Source: Myxococcota bacterium (GTDB taxonomy: Bacteria > Myxococcota_A > UBA9042 > PHBI01 > JAWLBL01). From it: a stretch of DNA of 64,000 nt. Numbering within the stretch: position 1 is the stretch's first letter; the number at the start of each line of letters is the position of its first letter. Location: the NCBI GenBank assembly GCA_041687695.1, contig JAWLBL010000002.1, forward strand, positions 70,761-134,760. The letters run 5' to 3'. The notes beneath the pieces were generated by a model. That model was not told where the DNA came from. It saw only the letters and a list, made by a program, of their open reading frames with translations, and ran no database searches. Shown piece by piece: positions 42,790-52,332 of the stretch. A program made the position numbers and the translations under genes.

Positions 42790-43359
42790 ATGGCTGCTCG
42801 GCTCTTCGTGGGGAACTTGTCGTACGAGACGACGGAGGCGGATCTGCGCGCCCTGTTCGGCGAGGTCGGCGAGGTGACGCAGGTGCGGATCCCGCTCGAC
42901 CGCGAGTCGGGGCGGCCGCGCGGGTTCGCGTTCGTGGACTACTCGGAGCGGGCGCAGGCCGAGGCGGCGATCCGGCGCTTCGACCAGCAGCCCTTCAAGG
43001 GGCGGCCGCTGGGGGTGAGCGAGGCCACCGAGCGGGGCGCCGGGCCGGGTGGGCCGGGTGGACCGGGGCGTGGGCCTGGGCCTGGGCCTCGGCCGGGGCC
43101 GGGGCCGCGGATGGGCGACGGCGGGCCGCCGGCGCCGGCGGGCGCCAAGAACTTCGGGGCGGACGCGCCGGCGCGCGGGTCGCGACGGGCCGAGCCCTGG
43201 GCCGCCAAGGGCGGCGACAAGGGGCCCAAGCAGCCGATCCGCGAGCGGACCGGGGGGCCCAGCTTCGCCGGCGGCTACGACGACGACGAGACGGACGACG
43301 AGCTGGACGTGCCGTTCTGGGCGCAATCGGACGCCGAGGACGGCGACGAAGAAGAATGA
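42790..43359 (+). CDS. RRM RNA-binding protein
   Basis: RNP2 LFVGNL, RNP1 RGFAFVDY, Gly/Pro-rich and acidic tail; GGAGG RBS. Confidence 0.92.
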   Translation: MAARLFVGNLSYETTEADLRALFGEVGEVTQVRIPLDRESGRPRGFAFVDYSERAQAEAAIRRFDQQPFKGRPLGVSEATERGAGPGGPGGPGRGPGPGPRPGPGPRMGDGGPPAPAGAKNFGADAPARGSRRAEPWAAKGGDKGPKQPIRERTGGPSFAGGYDDDETDDELDVPFWAQSDAEDGDEEE

Positions 43360-43437
43360 AAATGTGGCCCCCGGTGTTCCGAGGGCCGCGAGCGGTGCTC
43401 CAGGACAGGGGCGAACCGGTTTCCAGGAGAGTGAGCC

Positions 43438-43662
43438 ATGGCCAAGTCGAAGCCCTCGGTACAGAAGCGCGAGCGCGAGAAGCTGCGCGCGCAGAAGAAG
43501 ATGGAAAAGGACGAGCGCAAGGCCGACGCCCAGTCGCGCAAGACGCGAGGAGGGCGCGGTGAAGGCGAGGAGGATCCGGACATCGCCGGGATCGTGCCGG
43601 GTCCGCAGCCGCTGCCTGAGGCGTTCTGGGACCACGAGGACGAGCGCAAAGGCGACGATTGA
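43438..43662 (+). CDS. Small basic hypothetical protein
   Basis: AGGAG RBS; KREREKLR..K, DPDIAGIVPGPQP. Confidence 0.8.
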   Translation: MAKSKPSVQKREREKLRAQKKMEKDERKADAQSRKTRGGRGEGEEDPDIAGIVPGPQPLPEAFWDHEDERKGDD

Positions 43663-43733
43663 GAAGGTGAGGGGGCGGGCCCTTCGCGCGCAGCGCGCCG
43701 GGGGGTTCGCCGTCCTGTGACGACGGGGGGGCC

Positions 43734-44633
43734 ATGCGCATCGGCGTGGACGTCGGCGGGACCAAGATCGAGGCGATCGCGCTGGACGAGCACGGCGCGA
43801 CGCTGGGGCGCGAGCGGGTCGCGACGCCGCAGGGCGACTACGAGGCGACGGTCGCGGCCATCGCCGGGCTGGTCGCGCGGCTGGAGGCGGCCGCGGGGCG
43901 GCGCGGGACGGTCGGGGTGGGGACGCCGGGGGCGGTGTCGCCGGCGACCGGGCTGATGAAGACGGCCAACTCGGTGTGCATGAACGGGCGGCCGCTGGCC
44001 GAGGACCTGGCGCGGGCGCTGGGGCGGCCGGTGCGCGTCGCGAACGACGCGAACTGCTTCGCGCTGAGCGAGGCGAGCGACGGGGCGGCGGCCGGGGCCG
44101 AGGTGGTCTTCGGGGTCATCGTGGGGACCGGGACCGGCGGCGGGCTGGTCGTGCACGGGCGGCCGGTGACGGGCGTGAACGCGCTGGCCGGCGAGTGGGG
44201 GCACAACCCGCTGCCGTGGCCGACGGCGGAGGAGTGGCCGGGGCCGCCGTGCTTTTGCGGCAAGACCGGGTGCGTCGAGCGGTTCCTGTCGGGGCCGGGG
44301 CTGCGCGAGGACCACCAGCGGGTGACGGGGGCGGCGCTGGAGCCGCGGGAGATCGTGACGCGGGCGGCGGCGGGGGAGGCGGCCGCGCGGGCGACGATGG
44401 AGCGGTACGCCGAGCGGATGGCGAAGGCGCTGGCGGCGCTGATCCACGTGGTGGACCCGGACGTCATCGTGCTGGGCGGCGGGATGTCGAACGTCGCGTG
44501 GCTGTACGACGAGGTGCCGCGGCGCTGGGGGCGGTGGGTGTTCTCGGACCGGCTGGACACGGCGCTGCGGCCGCCGCTGCACGGGGACGCGAGCGGCGTG
44601 CGCGGGGCGGCGTGGCTGTGGCCGGCGGGGTGA
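43734..44633 (+). CDS. ROK-family sugar kinase (fructokinase/Mak-like)
   Basis: DVGGTKIE, NDANCFALSE, GTGTGGG, GEWGH..CFCG..GC.E. Confidence 0.93.
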   Translation: MRIGVDVGGTKIEAIALDEHGATLGRERVATPQGDYEATVAAIAGLVARLEAAAGRRGTVGVGTPGAVSPATGLMKTANSVCMNGRPLAEDLARALGRPVRVANDANCFALSEASDGAAAGAEVVFGVIVGTGTGGGLVVHGRPVTGVNALAGEWGHNPLPWPTAEEWPGPPCFCGKTGCVERFLSGPGLREDHQRVTGAALEPREIVTRAAAGEAAARATMERYAERMAKALAALIHVVDPDVIVLGGGMSNVAWLYDEVPRRWGRWVFSDRLDTALRPPLHGDASGVRGAAWLWPAG

Positions 44634-44666
44634 GGCGCCCAGGGTGAGGCGGTGTGAGGCGGTGCG

Positions 44667-44897
44667 TCAGCCGTGGCCGGCGCCGAGGCGCTGGAGGATG
44701 CGGATGAGCTCGGCCTGGCTGAGGTCGAGGCGCTCGACGACGCGGCCCCAGAGCTGGATGGTGGGGACGCGGCGGCCGGGGCGCTCGCGCTGCAGCTCGG
44801 CCAGGGTGACGAGGACCACGCGCTCGGCGTGGGTGAGGCCGTCGCGGACGTCCGGGAGGGCGTCGTGGTGCGGCTCGTCGTCGTGGCGGTCGGTCAT
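44667..44897 (-). CDS. Small hypothetical protein
   Basis: ATG start, helical HTH-like pattern, coding-like codons. Confidence 0.65.
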   Translation of the reverse strand: MTDRHDDEPHHDALPDVRDGLTHAERVVLVTLAELQRERPGRRVPTIQLWGRVVERLDLSQAELIRILQRLGAGHG

Positions 44898-44998
44898 GGG
44901 GAGCAGCCTTGGGCACGGGGGCGCGCGGCGTCAACGGTTGCCGGCGCGGGGGGCCGGGGCAACTCCTTGGATGTACTTGGACATTCGAGGAGGCGACC

Positions 44999-45553
44999 AT
45001 GGAGATCGCGTGCATCGTGGGGCAGGAGTTCGAGGACTCGGAGCTGCGCGTGCCGGTGGAGCGGCTGCGCGAGGCGGGCCACCACGTCATGATCGTCGGC
45101 GAAAAGCGCGGGATCACGCTGCGTGGCAAGCAGGGCAAGGAGAAGGTCACGGCCGACCTGTCGATCGACGAGGTCTCGCCGGAGCAGTTCGACGCGCTGC
45201 TGATCCCCGGCGGGCACTCGCCCGACCACCTGCGGGCCGACCGGCGCTTCGTGGACTTCGTCGACCGGTTCGACCGCTCGGGCAAGCTGGTGGCGACGGT
45301 GTGCCACGGGCCGCAGCTGCTCATCACGGCGGGCCGGGTCCAGGGGCGCAAGATGACCGCCTGGAAGACGGTGCAGGAGGACCTGCGTCAGGCCGGGGCG
45401 AAGGTGGTCGACCGGGAGGTGGTGGAGGACGGCAACCTCATCACGAGCCGCAACCCGGGGGACCTGGAGGCCTTCAGCGACGCCATCATCCAGCGGCTGG
45501 ACCGCTCGGGGGGGCGGGCTCGGCGAGGTCGAGAGGGAACGCCCGCACGGTGA
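44999..45553 (+). CDS. PfpI/DJ-1 family protein
   Basis: FEDSE, IPGGHSPD, VCHGPQLL, LITSRNPGDL; GAGGAGG RBS. Confidence 0.93.
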   Translation: MEIACIVGQEFEDSELRVPVERLREAGHHVMIVGEKRGITLRGKQGKEKVTADLSIDEVSPEQFDALLIPGGHSPDHLRADRRFVDFVDRFDRSGKLVATVCHGPQLLITAGRVQGRKMTAWKTVQEDLRQAGAKVVDREVVEDGNLITSRNPGDLEAFSDAIIQRLDRSGGRARRGREGTPAR

Positions 45554-46304
45554 CCAGGTGGCGGGCGGCGGCCCAGGGGGTCTTCGGGAGCCTGCAGAAG
45601 TAGCGCATCGCGGCCGGCAGGGTGCCGAAGGTGCGCTCGAGGGCGTGGAAGGCCTCGTTGCCGGCGACGTTCTCGCGCACGGGGGCGAGGGCGTCGCGGT
45701 CCTTTCGGAAGGCGCGGACGTAGGCGAGCAGGCGCGCGTGGTAGTCGGGGTCCTCGACGATGGCGCCGATGGAGCGGGCGCGGGGGTGGGTGCCGGCGAT
45801 CATGGCGGCCGTCTGGGATTCGAGCTCCTCGAGGCCGCGCTCGTAGGTCTCGAGGAGCTGGAGATCGTAGCAGGGGTTGGCGTGCACGACCTGCAGGAGG
45901 TGGCCGATGATGGTGTCGCGGTCGCTGAAGAAGCCGACCGGGTCGATCATCGAGCGCGGGTCGTCGAGGACGCGCAGGATCTGGTGGAAGGTGAAGTCGA
46001 TGCCCTTTTGGGCGTAGTAGTCGGCCGAGGCGGGGGTGATCCAGAAGCGCAGCATGTCGAGGCTGCCGACGACGAGCTGGACGCGGGAGGGGGCCTGGTC
46101 GATGGCGCCGAGGGCGTGCAGGCGGGCGAGGCGGGCGTCGAGGGCGCGGGCGTCGGCCCAGCGGCCCAGGGTGAGGCCGAAGTCGAGGGCCTTGCGGGCG
46201 AGCTCGGGCGGGGAGCCGGCGGCCTGGCGGAGCAGGTGCCAGGGCGAGCGGGTCAGGCGGGCGGGGGCCGGCTGATCGGCCGCGGCGGGGGCGGTGGTGG
46301 CCAT
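45486..46304 (-). CDS. Hypothetical protein
   Basis: Protein-like composition, C-ending codons, GGAG RBS. Confidence 0.75.
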   Translation of the reverse strand: MATTAPAAADQPAPARLTRSPWHLLRQAAGSPPELARKALDFGLTLGRWADARALDARLARLHALGAIDQAPSRVQLVVGSLDMLRFWITPASADYYAQKGIDFTFHQILRVLDDPRSMIDPVGFFSDRDTIIGHLLQVVHANPCYDLQLLETYERGLEELESQTAAMIAGTHPRARSIGAIVEDPDYHARLLAYVRAFRKDRDALAPVRENVAGNEAFHALERTFGTLPAAMRYFCRLPKTPWAAARHLVTVRAFPLDLAEPAPPSGPAAG

Positions 46305-46408
46305 CGGGCTTGCTCCGGGCGTCGGGAGAGGGTGGGATGGGCGCGGGCGGCCGGGACGTTAACGCGGTCCTGGCGTTGGCGCCAACCCCGGGAGGAGGTG
46401 GCAGGGAC

Positions 46409-47344
46409 ATGACGAGGACGAGGGTCGGGGCGCTCGCGGTGGCGCTGCTGCTGGGGCTGGCGGGCGCGGGGCCGGTGGCGAGGGCGGCTGTGCCCAAGCC
46501 GCAGGTGTTCATCGTGGTGAAGCGAGCGTCGCTGCCGGGGCTGGTCAAGGGCATCGAGCCGAACGACCTGCTGACGGCGGCCGAGCGGGCGGTGGACCGG
46601 GCCGAGGCGCTCTATCTGAAGGCGATGGAGGCGTGGGAGGCGGAGATGGAGCGGGCCCTGGAGCAGGGGGAGGAGCCGGGGCCGATGCCGACGCTGCAGC
46701 TGGACGAGGCGGTGAAGCTGGCGCGCGAGGCGCTGGCCAAGGGCGGGGAGGGGTGGACCCACGCGGACGCGGCGCGGTACCTGCTGGGCTGGGCGCTGAG
46801 CGAGACCGAGCGCGGGGCGGAGGGGGCGCGGGCGTGGGAGGAGCTGGTGGGCAAGACGCCCAAGAGCCCGTACGCCGCGGAGGCGCACCTGAGGCTGGGC
46901 GAGCGCGCCTTCCGGCTGGGGCGGGCGGCGCAGGCCGCGGGCCACTACGAGGCGGCCACCGGCGCGGCGGAGCCGAGCGTCGCCGCCTTCGCGACCTACA
47001 TGCTGGGCTGGTCGCGCTACCAGGCCGGCGACCGGCCGAGCGCCATCGCCGCCTTCCGGCGGGTGGTGGTGCATCCGATGGCGGGCGACGCCGCCTCGAC
47101 GTGGGGGCACCTGCGCCAGGACGCGGTGGCCTCCCTGGGCGTCATCCTGGCCGAGGCCGACTGGGACGGCGACGACCGGATGGACGCCGACGCGGGGCCG
47201 GCGCGCGTGCTGCATCTGTTCCCCGGCGACGGCCCGGGCGACCGCGACGTGCTGCGCGCCTGGCTGCAGGTCCTTCGAAAGGAGTCAGCCCCCGACGCGG
47301 AGCGGGCCGAGGCCGCGCTCCGCGAGCGGGGGCTGATGCCGTGA
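46409..47344 (+). CDS. Secreted TPR-repeat protein
   Basis: Signal peptide; PKSPYAAEAHLRLGE and YMLGWSRY TPR motifs. Confidence 0.75.
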   Translation: MTRTRVGALAVALLLGLAGAGPVARAAVPKPQVFIVVKRASLPGLVKGIEPNDLLTAAERAVDRAEALYLKAMEAWEAEMERALEQGEEPGPMPTLQLDEAVKLAREALAKGGEGWTHADAARYLLGWALSETERGAEGARAWEELVGKTPKSPYAAEAHLRLGERAFRLGRAAQAAGHYEAATGAAEPSVAAFATYMLGWSRYQAGDRPSAIAAFRRVVVHPMAGDAASTWGHLRQDAVASLGVILAEADWDGDDRMDADAGPARVLHLFPGDGPGDRDVLRAWLQVLRKESAPDAERAEAALRERGLMP

Positions 47345-47358
47345 GGGGCTGAGGCCGG

Positions 47359-49206
47359 TCAGTCGGCGCAGACGGTCGTGTCGCTGAGCGCGCAACCCTC
47401 GCCGAGGGCCGAGACGACGCAGGCGGCGGCCGCCTCGCCGCTGGACGCCAGGGCGCTGAGGGCGCCGGTGCAGGCCGCCTCGCACAGGCTCGTGCCGTCG
47501 TCGATGCAGACCTCGGCGCCGGTGCAGGCCGTCACGCACTCGGGCGCGACCTCGGCCTCGGCCAGAGCCTGGCAGGCGTTGATGGCCTCGCACTCGCTCA
47601 GGGCGGCGCAGCTGGCCACCATCACGGCCGGCGCGCCCAGGTCGAGCGTGCCCTGGCACTCGCCCTCGCACTCCTCGATCGACGCGACCTCGCCACAGGC
47701 CAGCAGGCTCGAGCAGGCGGCCCCGCAGATGGCGTCTCCGGCCTCCTCGGGCAGGCACTGGTCGACGATGACCCCGCAGTCGCCGTCGGCGGCCGCGACG
47801 CACATCATCAGCGGCTCGAGCTCGCCCTCATTGATGCTGTCGACCTTGCAGAAGGTCGCGCACTCGACCGGCGTCGGGCCGCCTTCGCCGCCGACGATGC
47901 CGCAGGCTGCCAGATCCGTGCACAGGGCCTCGCACTCGGGCGGCGTCGCGAAGGCGCACTGCAGCAGGACGCCGAAGACGTCCTCGCCCGTCTCGGGGCA
48001 CTCGGTGATGGTGGCGACACAGGCCTCGGCGCCGGTGGCGGCGCCCAGGCCGGTCTGGCCCACGGCGCCGGTGCAGAAGCCGGGGCAGTTGTCGGCCGTC
48101 AGGTCGCCGCCCAGGTCGCCCTCGCACAGCGCGGCCAGCCCGTCGCAGGTCTCCTGGCAGGCCGGGGCGATCTCGGGCGTCAGCTCGGCGCAGACGGTCG
48201 GGTCGCCGCAGTCGTTGGTCAGCAGGCAGCCGGCGAACACCAGGCCCGCGTCGGCGTCCTCGAACGGCTGGCAGGCCGACAGGCAGGCGTCCTGGTCCGC
48301 CCAGGTGTCGAAGACCGCGCTGCCGGGCGCGCAGTACAGGTCGTTGCCGGGCTCGCCGAAGACCTGCCCGCACAGCGCCTCGCACAGGCTGCCGCCGCTC
48401 GCGCAGGCCTGCACCTCGGCCTCGTTGCAGCCGTCCGCCGTGGCGTCCGCCAGGCAGGAGATGACGCCCTCGGCCGCCGGCGAGCCCGCCAGGAAGCCGG
48501 TGCACGCGGCGCGGCACAGGTCGGGCTGGTCCTCGGGCAGGTCGATGACCCCCAGCAGGTCGCACGCGTCGAGGCCGGCGCAGCCCGCGTCGCACGCGGG
48601 CGCCGGCGCGAACGGCTGGTCCTGGAAGCACAGCTCGGCGTCGCAGACGTCGGTCGCGCAGGTGTAGCTGGCCAGCCACCACCCGTCCTCGGTCGCGTTG
48701 GCGATGCAGCCCGCAAGGCACCCCTCGAGGCTGCCGCCCACGCCCGGCCAGTCCTGACCACACGAGTCGAGGATGTCGCCGCAGAGCCCCTCGCAGGCCG
48801 CCGTCACCAGGTCGCCGTCGAGCACCAGCGGCTCGGCGCCGTTCGTGTCCGGCTCGACGTCCGGCGCGACGTCCTGGTCGACGTCCTCGTCGACGTCGGT
48901 CAGCGCGTCCTCGTCGACGTCCTCGATCACGTCCGGCGTGACGTCCGGCTCCACGTCCTCGTCCACGTCCGGGCCCACGTCGGGGGTGACGTCTTCGTCG
49001 ACATCGGGCTCGGCGTCGGGCGTCACGTCCGGCTCGGCGTCGGGCTCGGTCACGTCCTCGCCGGTGTCGTCCTCGGCGTCGGGGGTCGCGTCCGCGGTGA
49101 TGTCCGTCGTGGCGTCGGGCTTCACCTCGCCGCCGTCGTCGTCACACGCGCTCGCGAAGAGCCCCAGCGCGAGCGCGAGGGCAAGGGTGCGGGTCGGCTG
49201 TCTCAT
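47359..49206 (-). CDS. Cys-rich repeat lipoprotein
   Basis: FASAC lipobox, acidic VTPD/EPD linker, many CxxxC..C units. Confidence 0.85.
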   Translation of the reverse strand: MRQPTRTLALALALGLFASACDDDGGEVKPDATTDITADATPDAEDDTGEDVTEPDAEPDVTPDAEPDVDEDVTPDVGPDVDEDVEPDVTPDVIEDVDEDALTDVDEDVDQDVAPDVEPDTNGAEPLVLDGDLVTAACEGLCGDILDSCGQDWPGVGGSLEGCLAGCIANATEDGWWLASYTCATDVCDAELCFQDQPFAPAPACDAGCAGLDACDLLGVIDLPEDQPDLCRAACTGFLAGSPAAEGVISCLADATADGCNEAEVQACASGGSLCEALCGQVFGEPGNDLYCAPGSAVFDTWADQDACLSACQPFEDADAGLVFAGCLLTNDCGDPTVCAELTPEIAPACQETCDGLAALCEGDLGGDLTADNCPGFCTGAVGQTGLGAATGAEACVATITECPETGEDVFGVLLQCAFATPPECEALCTDLAACGIVGGEGGPTPVECATFCKVDSINEGELEPLMMCVAAADGDCGVIVDQCLPEEAGDAICGAACSSLLACGEVASIEECEGECQGTLDLGAPAVMVASCAALSECEAINACQALAEAEVAPECVTACTGAEVCIDDGTSLCEAACTGALSALASSGEAAAACVVSALGEGCALSDTTVCAD

Positions 49207-49379
49207 CCGCCATCCTCCTGGGTCGTGGTCGGGTAGGTTCGATGCAGTGCGGCGCATTGTACGCGCGGCGCGCCACCGGCTCCAGAAGTCGACTACGCCG
49301 GACCAGCAGTCGCACCTTCACTTGTGGTAGGCGGCTCCCTATGATGTCGCGCGCTCGAACCTCGACCGACCGGAAGCCC

Positions 49380-51227
49380 ATGCATCACCGTCACCGCCCC
49401 GCCGCCTTCGCTCTTGCGAGCCTCCTGGCCGCTACCGCCTGCTCCTCCGACGCCGGGCCTACCGCGACGCCTGACGTCAAGCAGCCCGACGCACCCGACT
49501 CCTCGTCGCCGGACATCGACGGTGACCTTCTCGAGGACACCCGGGTCGAGCCCTCCCACATCGCGGTCACCCAGCTCTTCCCGAAGAGCGGCGCGCCGGG
49601 AGTGACCTTTCCCGGCTGTGTGTACGCCTCGCCGCTGCGGTCGCCCGACGGCGAGTCGGTCATCGTAGCGGCCAGCTCCGGTCAGGTGGCCGCGCTGGAT
49701 CCCCTCGATGGCTCAGCCCGCTGGACCGTCCTGATGCCGACCCCAGAGGGGGAGGACCCCTACATTCTGGCTACGCCGGTCATCGTTGGTGATCGTTTGG
49801 TCGTGGTCTACCACACCACCCCCACCCCAAGCGGAAAGCAGCCGGGCGAGGTCGGGCACAATGTGAACGACAAGCGGCTACGCCACCGGGTCGCGGTCGT
49901 CGATCTGGCCCAGGGCACGCTCGACGCCGAGTACCCGCCCTTCGACCTCGCCGCCAACCTGACCGAGGCCGATGGCGAGGGCGCCGTCCCGTTCAAGCCG
50001 ACGCACGCCCTTGCTCGAGGCTCGCTGGTCCACGGCGTGGCACCGGGAGACGAGCTGGGCCGCGTCTACGTGACCTTCGGCAACGCACGCGACATCCAGC
50101 CCTGGCACGGATGGGCCTTCGAGGTGAGCCTGGACGCCTGGCGAACTGGCGGCGGGGGCGCGGCCCAGACCGCGGTGCTGGTCACTACGCCCGAGTCGGA
50201 CTGCGGCAAGGAGGGGACGTCGGGCTCGCGCGAGCGCATCTGCGGCGGCGGCATCTGGTCGCCATCGGGGCCGTTGCTGGTCAGCCACGAGGGGGGAGGG
50301 TTCGAAATCATCCTGCCAGCAGGCAACGGCCAGCTCGACCTGTCGCGCGACGACTACGCCAACACGCTCATTCGCGTGGGGCCGGGGCTCGAGATCGACA
50401 CTGGCTGCGATCCAGTCGCGTGCGCCGGGTTCGATCCCGACGAGCCGGCGACGGCCTGCATCGAGTCGTGCTCGGATCTGTACATCCCGCGTCTGTCCCC
50501 CGAGGACCCGCCGCTGTTCGTGCACGATGGACGCTGCGAGGGCCTGACCATGTTCGAGTGCTGGCAGAAGATGGACTACGTCGGCGGTAGCACGCCGGTT
50601 CGGGTCCAGCTGGCCAGCGGCAAGGCCGTCTTCGCCTACCCGACCAAGGACGGCCACCTGTATCTGGTCGACGCCGATCACATGGGCACGCAGTACGACC
50701 GCGAGGAGCTGGTCGTCGTCTGCGGCGCCCCGGGTGACAAGTGCAAGTGGGATTGGGCGGGCATGATCGTGACCCAGCCGGCCGTCGTCGAGGGCGGTGA
50801 GCATCCGGTCATCATCGTGCCGACGTTCATGCCCGACGAGACGCACCCCGCAGGAGTCGTGGCGCTGGCCATCGTCGAGGACGCGGGCGGGCCGCGCTTC
50901 GAGCGCCTGTGGGAGTTCCCCGCCTTTGACAGCGCCGAGGCGGTGACGCGCTTTCGTCGGCACCCGTCTCGGCTGGCTACGGCGCTGGTCCCCGGCAGCA
51001 GCGCGCTGACGATGGGCTGGGTGGTCGAGACCGCGGCGCCGGGTGGCAAGGGCCGACTGGTCGGCTTGCGACTCAGCGACGGACAGGCCCTGGTGGACCA
51101 GCCGCTCGAGGTGCCCGGCATCCGCTTTTCACTGCCGCTGGTTGCCGAGGACGTCGTCTACTTCGGGTCGTGCGGCAACGATGTCGGGCCGGGCCACATC
51201 GAGGGCTGGCGAATCGACGCCGAGTGA
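49380..51227 (+). CDS. Lipoprotein with PQQ-like beta-propeller repeats
   Basis: ATAC lipobox; ALDPLDGSARW, ILATPVI, GGIWS, KDGHLYLVD. Confidence 0.75.
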   Translation: MHHRHRPAAFALASLLAATACSSDAGPTATPDVKQPDAPDSSSPDIDGDLLEDTRVEPSHIAVTQLFPKSGAPGVTFPGCVYASPLRSPDGESVIVAASSGQVAALDPLDGSARWTVLMPTPEGEDPYILATPVIVGDRLVVVYHTTPTPSGKQPGEVGHNVNDKRLRHRVAVVDLAQGTLDAEYPPFDLAANLTEADGEGAVPFKPTHALARGSLVHGVAPGDELGRVYVTFGNARDIQPWHGWAFEVSLDAWRTGGGGAAQTAVLVTTPESDCGKEGTSGSRERICGGGIWSPSGPLLVSHEGGGFEIILPAGNGQLDLSRDDYANTLIRVGPGLEIDTGCDPVACAGFDPDEPATACIESCSDLYIPRLSPEDPPLFVHDGRCEGLTMFECWQKMDYVGGSTPVRVQLASGKAVFAYPTKDGHLYLVDADHMGTQYDREELVVVCGAPGDKCKWDWAGMIVTQPAVVEGGEHPVIIVPTFMPDETHPAGVVALAIVEDAGGPRFERLWEFPAFDSAEAVTRFRRHPSRLATALVPGSSALTMGWVVETAAPGGKGRLVGLRLSDGQALVDQPLEVPGIRFSLPLVAEDVVYFGSCGNDVGPGHIEGWRIDAE

Positions 51228-51240
51228 CGGTGGCGCCGGC

Positions 51241-51681
51241 TCACTTCGGCGCGCCGGCGGCCAGCCACGCCTCGACGAGGCTCACTTCGGCCTCGTCGAG
51301 GCAGTCGAACTCGCCGATGGTGCAGCCGCCTGGCGGCATGGTGCCCTCGTGGACCGACTCGAGCAGGCAGCCGCCGATGGTGGTGGCGTCGCAGAGGGTC
51401 GAGGCTGGCGTTTGGTCCAGCACGGACGGGTCGTCGAGGAAGCAGGCACCCGCGATGCAGCCGGCGCTGCCGTGACAGCCGGCGCAGACGCGCTCGAAGA
51501 TCGGCATCACGTCGTCGGTCCATGTGGGCTGGGGCGGGGATGCGTCGTCGCCGGTCTCGTCGAGCTCGGCTGCGTCGGCGGTGTCGGGCGCGTCGACGCT
51601 CACGTCCGTGGGGGCCGCTGCGGGATCGTCGTCACAGGCGCTGAGAAGGGTGAGCAGGGCCAGGGCTGCGATGAGGCGCAT
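51241..51681 (-). CDS. Small monohaem cytochrome c lipoprotein
   Basis: LSAC lipobox, PIFERVCAGCH, MPP, WLAAGAP. Confidence 0.8.
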   Translation of the reverse strand: MRLIAALALLTLLSACDDDPAAAPTDVSVDAPDTADAAELDETGDDASPPQPTWTDDVMPIFERVCAGCHGSAGCIAGACFLDDPSVLDQTPASTLCDATTIGGCLLESVHEGTMPPGGCTIGEFDCLDEAEVSLVEAWLAAGAPK

Positions 51682-51888
51682 CGACTTCCTCCGAGCGGAT
51701 CGCGGGAGGGCTTGGATTAGCCTGCGCGCGGCCTCGGCGCAAGCTGGTGTTGCCGGCTCTGGCGCCCGGCGGTCCGGGGCCCGTCCCTGGGAAGCCGCTC
51801 CTGCCGAGACCCGGGCGTTACCCGCCGCGCGCCGGCAGAGTCTGGCCTCGATGGACGAGGGCTGGGAAGAGGGCGGCCCCGCGCGGGT

Positions 51889-51988
51889 CGAGGCCGCCCG
51901 CGGCGAGCCCGGGTCAGTTCCTCAGGACCACCTCGAGCCGTCGTCCGCCTTGCCGAGGAAGGTCTCGTACATCGGCGGCGCGTCCTCG
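51889..51988 (-). repeat. ~100-bp degenerate copy of dehydrogenase 3' end (partner 54949-55049)
   Basis: About 7 differences including a 1-nt deletion. Confidence 0.92.
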
Positions 51989-52062
51989 GTCGTGTTCCCG
52001 CCGCCGCCGCACGCGGTCAGCGACAGGAACAGGGCCAATGTGAGCGAAAATGCACGCGTCAT
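51914..52062 (-). pseudogene. Chimeric remnant: lipoprotein signal fused to dehydrogenase C-terminus
   Basis: MTRAFSLTLALFLSLTACGGGGNTT joined to [16 protein letters not shown], then frameshift. Confidence 0.65.
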
Positions 52063-52250
52063 CGAAGTCACCATCGCACCGTCGAGTCGTCTCGGCGCCA
52101 GGGGCGCCCGCCGAGCGGCGGAGCTTAGTGACCGCGCGCCGGTGGTGTCCACGCCGTCGGGCGAGAAAATGCCGGGTTGCTGCGCGAGAACTCGCGACGC
52201 CTCGGCCCGGACGCAGCGTCGTCACCGCGTCGCCTCTGGCCGATCCGACT

Positions 52251-52266
52251 TGGCCCGCGAGTTGCT
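52251..52266 (+). promoter_or_regulatory. Putative sigma54 promoter of CotH-like gene
   Basis: TGGCCCG-CGAG-TTGCT. Confidence 0.55.
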
Positions 52267-52332
52267 TGCTTCCAGCATCGCTTGCTTCGTGCTGGCGACC
52301 CTGCTGCCTCCACCCCCGCCACGAGTCCAGCC

